From NCBI RefSeq assembly GCF_003334765.1, contig NZ_QOWT01000099.1: a stretch of 789 nt of DNA; one strand, given 5' to 3'. Numbering within the stretch: position 1 is the first letter of the stretch; each line of letters opens with the position of its first letter. Below, in pieces: positions 1 to 789 of the stretch. Source of the DNA: Escherichia coli (GTDB taxonomy: Bacteria > Pseudomonadota > Gammaproteobacteria > Enterobacterales > Enterobacteriaceae). A model generated the notes under the pieces. The model was given only the letters and a program-made list of their open reading frames with translations. It ran no database searches and had not been told where the DNA came from. Position numbers and translations under genes: made by a program.

Positions 1-789
1 TGACAACGGCGACCTGGTGCGCATCAGCGGCCCGCGACAGACGCGGGAATACGGCTACAGCGCCACGGGCAGGCTGGAGAGTGTGCGCACCCTCGCACCA
101 GACCTGGACATCCGCATCCCGTATGCCACGGACCCGGCGGGCAACCGGCTGCCGGACCCGGAGCTGCACCCGGACAGTACACTCACAGTGTGGCCGGATA
201 ACCGCATCGCGGAGGATGCGCACTATGTCTACCGCCACGATGAATACGGCAGGCTGACGGAGAAGACGGACCGCATCCCGGCGGGTGTGATACGGACGGA
301 CGACGAGCGGACCCACCACTACCACTACGACAGCCAGCACCGCCTGGTGTTCTACACGCGGATACAGCATGGCGAGCCACTGGTCGAGAGCCGCTACCTC
401 TACGACCCGCTGGGACGGCGAATGGCAAAACGGGTCTGGCGGCGGGAGCGTGACCTGACGGGGTGGATGTCGCTGTCGCGTAAACCGGAGGTGACGTGGT
501 ATGGCTGGGACGGAGACAGGCTGACGACGGTGCAGACTGACACCACACGTATCCAGACGGTATACGAGCCGGGAAGCTTCACGCCGCTCATCCGGGTCGA
601 GACAGAGAACGGCGAGCGGGAAAAAGCGCAGCGGCGCAGCCTGGCAGAGACGCTCCAGCAGGAAGGGAGTGAGAACGGCCACGGCGTGGTGTTCCCGGCT
701 GAACTGGTGCGGCTGCTGGACAGGCTGGAGGAAGAAATCCGGGCAGACCGCGTGAGCAGTGAAAGCCGGGCGTGGCTTGCGCAGTGCGG
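1..789 (+). CDS. rhs: Rhs-family YD-repeat protein, internal fragment of the conserved core (partial at both ends; reading frame begins at nt 2, 262 complete codons to nt 787, no start or stop in the window)
   Basis: Seen in sequence: a single + strand frame (phase starting at nt 2) is open across the entire window. The translation contains five YD-repeat motifs: YGYSATGRL (50..76), [11 protein letters not shown] (224..256), YHYDSQHRL (320..346), YLYDPLGRR (395..421) and WYGWDGDRL (497..523). Codon usage is GC3-rich (ctg, ccg, cgg, acg, ggc dominate). Established knowledge: the translated peptide matches, from memory, the conserved core shared by E. coli RhsA/B/C/D; no alignment was possible here. 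I cannot tell from core sequence alone which paralog this is, so the symbol is given at family level only. The track omits this frame presumably because it has no in-window start or stop. Confidence 0.93.

Noticed and set aside
314-328. Short tandem nucleotide pattern cac-cac-tac-cac-tac
   Set aside because: This is simply the coding of the peptide HHYHY at the start of a YD motif. It is too short and imperfect to call a microsatellite or slippage tract.
419-469. Internal in-frame ATG codons (M at 419..421 and 467..469) as possible alternative starts
   Set aside because: The frame is continuously open and homologous to Rhs core upstream of both. No convincing Shine-Dalgarno sequence sits at the right spacing. 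They are internal methionines, not gene starts.
183-548. Minus-strand ORF of 121 aa from the supplied track
   Set aside because: It lies entirely antisense to the well-supported + strand Rhs frame. Its translation is low-complexity (P/S/A/R/G-rich) with no recognisable motif. Long antisense open frames are expected in GC-rich coding DNA, because the stop codons TAA, TAG and TGA are AT-rich.
400-591. Minus-strand ORF of 63 aa from the supplied track
   Set aside because: Same reasoning: it is antisense to the Rhs core, overlaps the other minus-strand ORF in a different frame, is short, and has no convincing ribosome-binding site or protein motif.
1-789. Searched for RNA genes, CRISPR repeats, IS inverted repeats, promoters and rho-independent terminators
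   Set aside because: No spaced direct repeats, no stem-loop followed by a T-run, and no AT-rich -10/-35-like region. The window is uniformly GC-rich coding sequence, so none of these can be supported.

Overview
The whole 789-nt window lies inside a single + strand coding sequence, truncated at both ends, which I recognise as the conserved core of an Rhs-family YD-repeat protein (the enterobacterial rhs core, as in E. coli rhsA-D). The reading frame has its first full codon at 2..4 and runs 262 codons to 785..787 with no stop codon. Its translation ([28 protein letters not shown] ... [16 protein letters not shown] ... [13 protein letters not shown] ... [16 protein letters not shown] ... [13 protein letters not shown] ... 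[23 protein letters not shown] ... RAWLAQC) carries five YD-repeat motifs followed by a charged, repeat-free segment. The window is about 65-66% G+C by my hand count (518 of 789), with a strong G/C bias at third codon positions. The two minus-strand ORFs in the supplied track are antisense artefacts of this GC-rich gene. I see no RNA gene, CRISPR array, mobile-element end, promoter or terminator. I also see nothing previously undescribed inside the window: this is the conserved part of a well-known polymorphic toxin system. The parts that could be novel, the variable C-terminal toxin tip and its immunity gene, lie downstream beyond position 789, and the N-terminal delivery region lies upstream of position 1.
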